DNA of 62,367 nucleotides, counting the filler, from Sphacelaria rigidula (taxonomy: Eukaryota): NCBI GenBank assembly GCA_964200075.2. It is 10 parts of 10 records of this genome, joined end to end, with 100 filler letters (N's around TTAATTAATTAA, not from the genome) between each part and the next. Parts side by side here need not be neighbours in the genome. Positions count along the whole stretch, not along the records: positions 56,222 to 62,367 come from CAXNAA020021947.1; 9 more parts are not named here. One strand, 5' to 3'. Both the position numbers and the translations under genes were made by a program. Below, in pieces: positions 62,294-62,367 of this stretch. Position 1 is the first letter of the stretch. Every line of letters starts with the position of its first letter. The notes beneath the pieces are model-generated. The model saw only the letters and a list, made by a program, of their open reading frames with translations. It had not been told where the DNA came from and searched no databases.

Positions 62294-62367
62294 ATTTTAC
62301 ACACGTCGGACGAGCCATCACTCGTCGAGACGAGTGCACTCGTTGATGTTTTGCGAAAACACAACGA

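Overview
This is eukaryotic, intron-rich and repeat-rich DNA. It is most likely from a brown alga or other stramenopile, inferred from short GT-AG exons in long introns and a stramenopile-type V-ATPase c N-terminus. The window is not one locus. It joins ten unrelated contigs of 6146-6147 bp with artificial 100-nt linkers (N44-TTAATTAATTAA-N44), so no gene neighbourhood across linkers is meaningful. Gene fragments: four phase-consistent exons of a probable ATM kinase, exon 1 of V-ATPase subunit c divergent from another gene, exons of an F5/8C (discoidin)-like domain, a SOS1/CPA1-like first exon, a disrupted OPR/RAP-type gene, and several orphan exons. Mobile DNA: a decayed Ty3/gypsy element with its 3' LTR and PPT, a DIRS/Ngaro-like remnant, a non-LTR family ending in a C-tract, two tRNA-derived SINE families, and at least six MITE families with readable TSDs (TA, TTA, TTAA, 8 bp, and a variable 4-bp TSD with GACAC termini). 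There are also hairpin-unit arrays with a period of about 41-43 bp. I found no CRISPR array, rRNA, intact tRNA or convincing novel multi-gene system. The best novelty candidates are the unclassified MITE family and the hairpin arrays.
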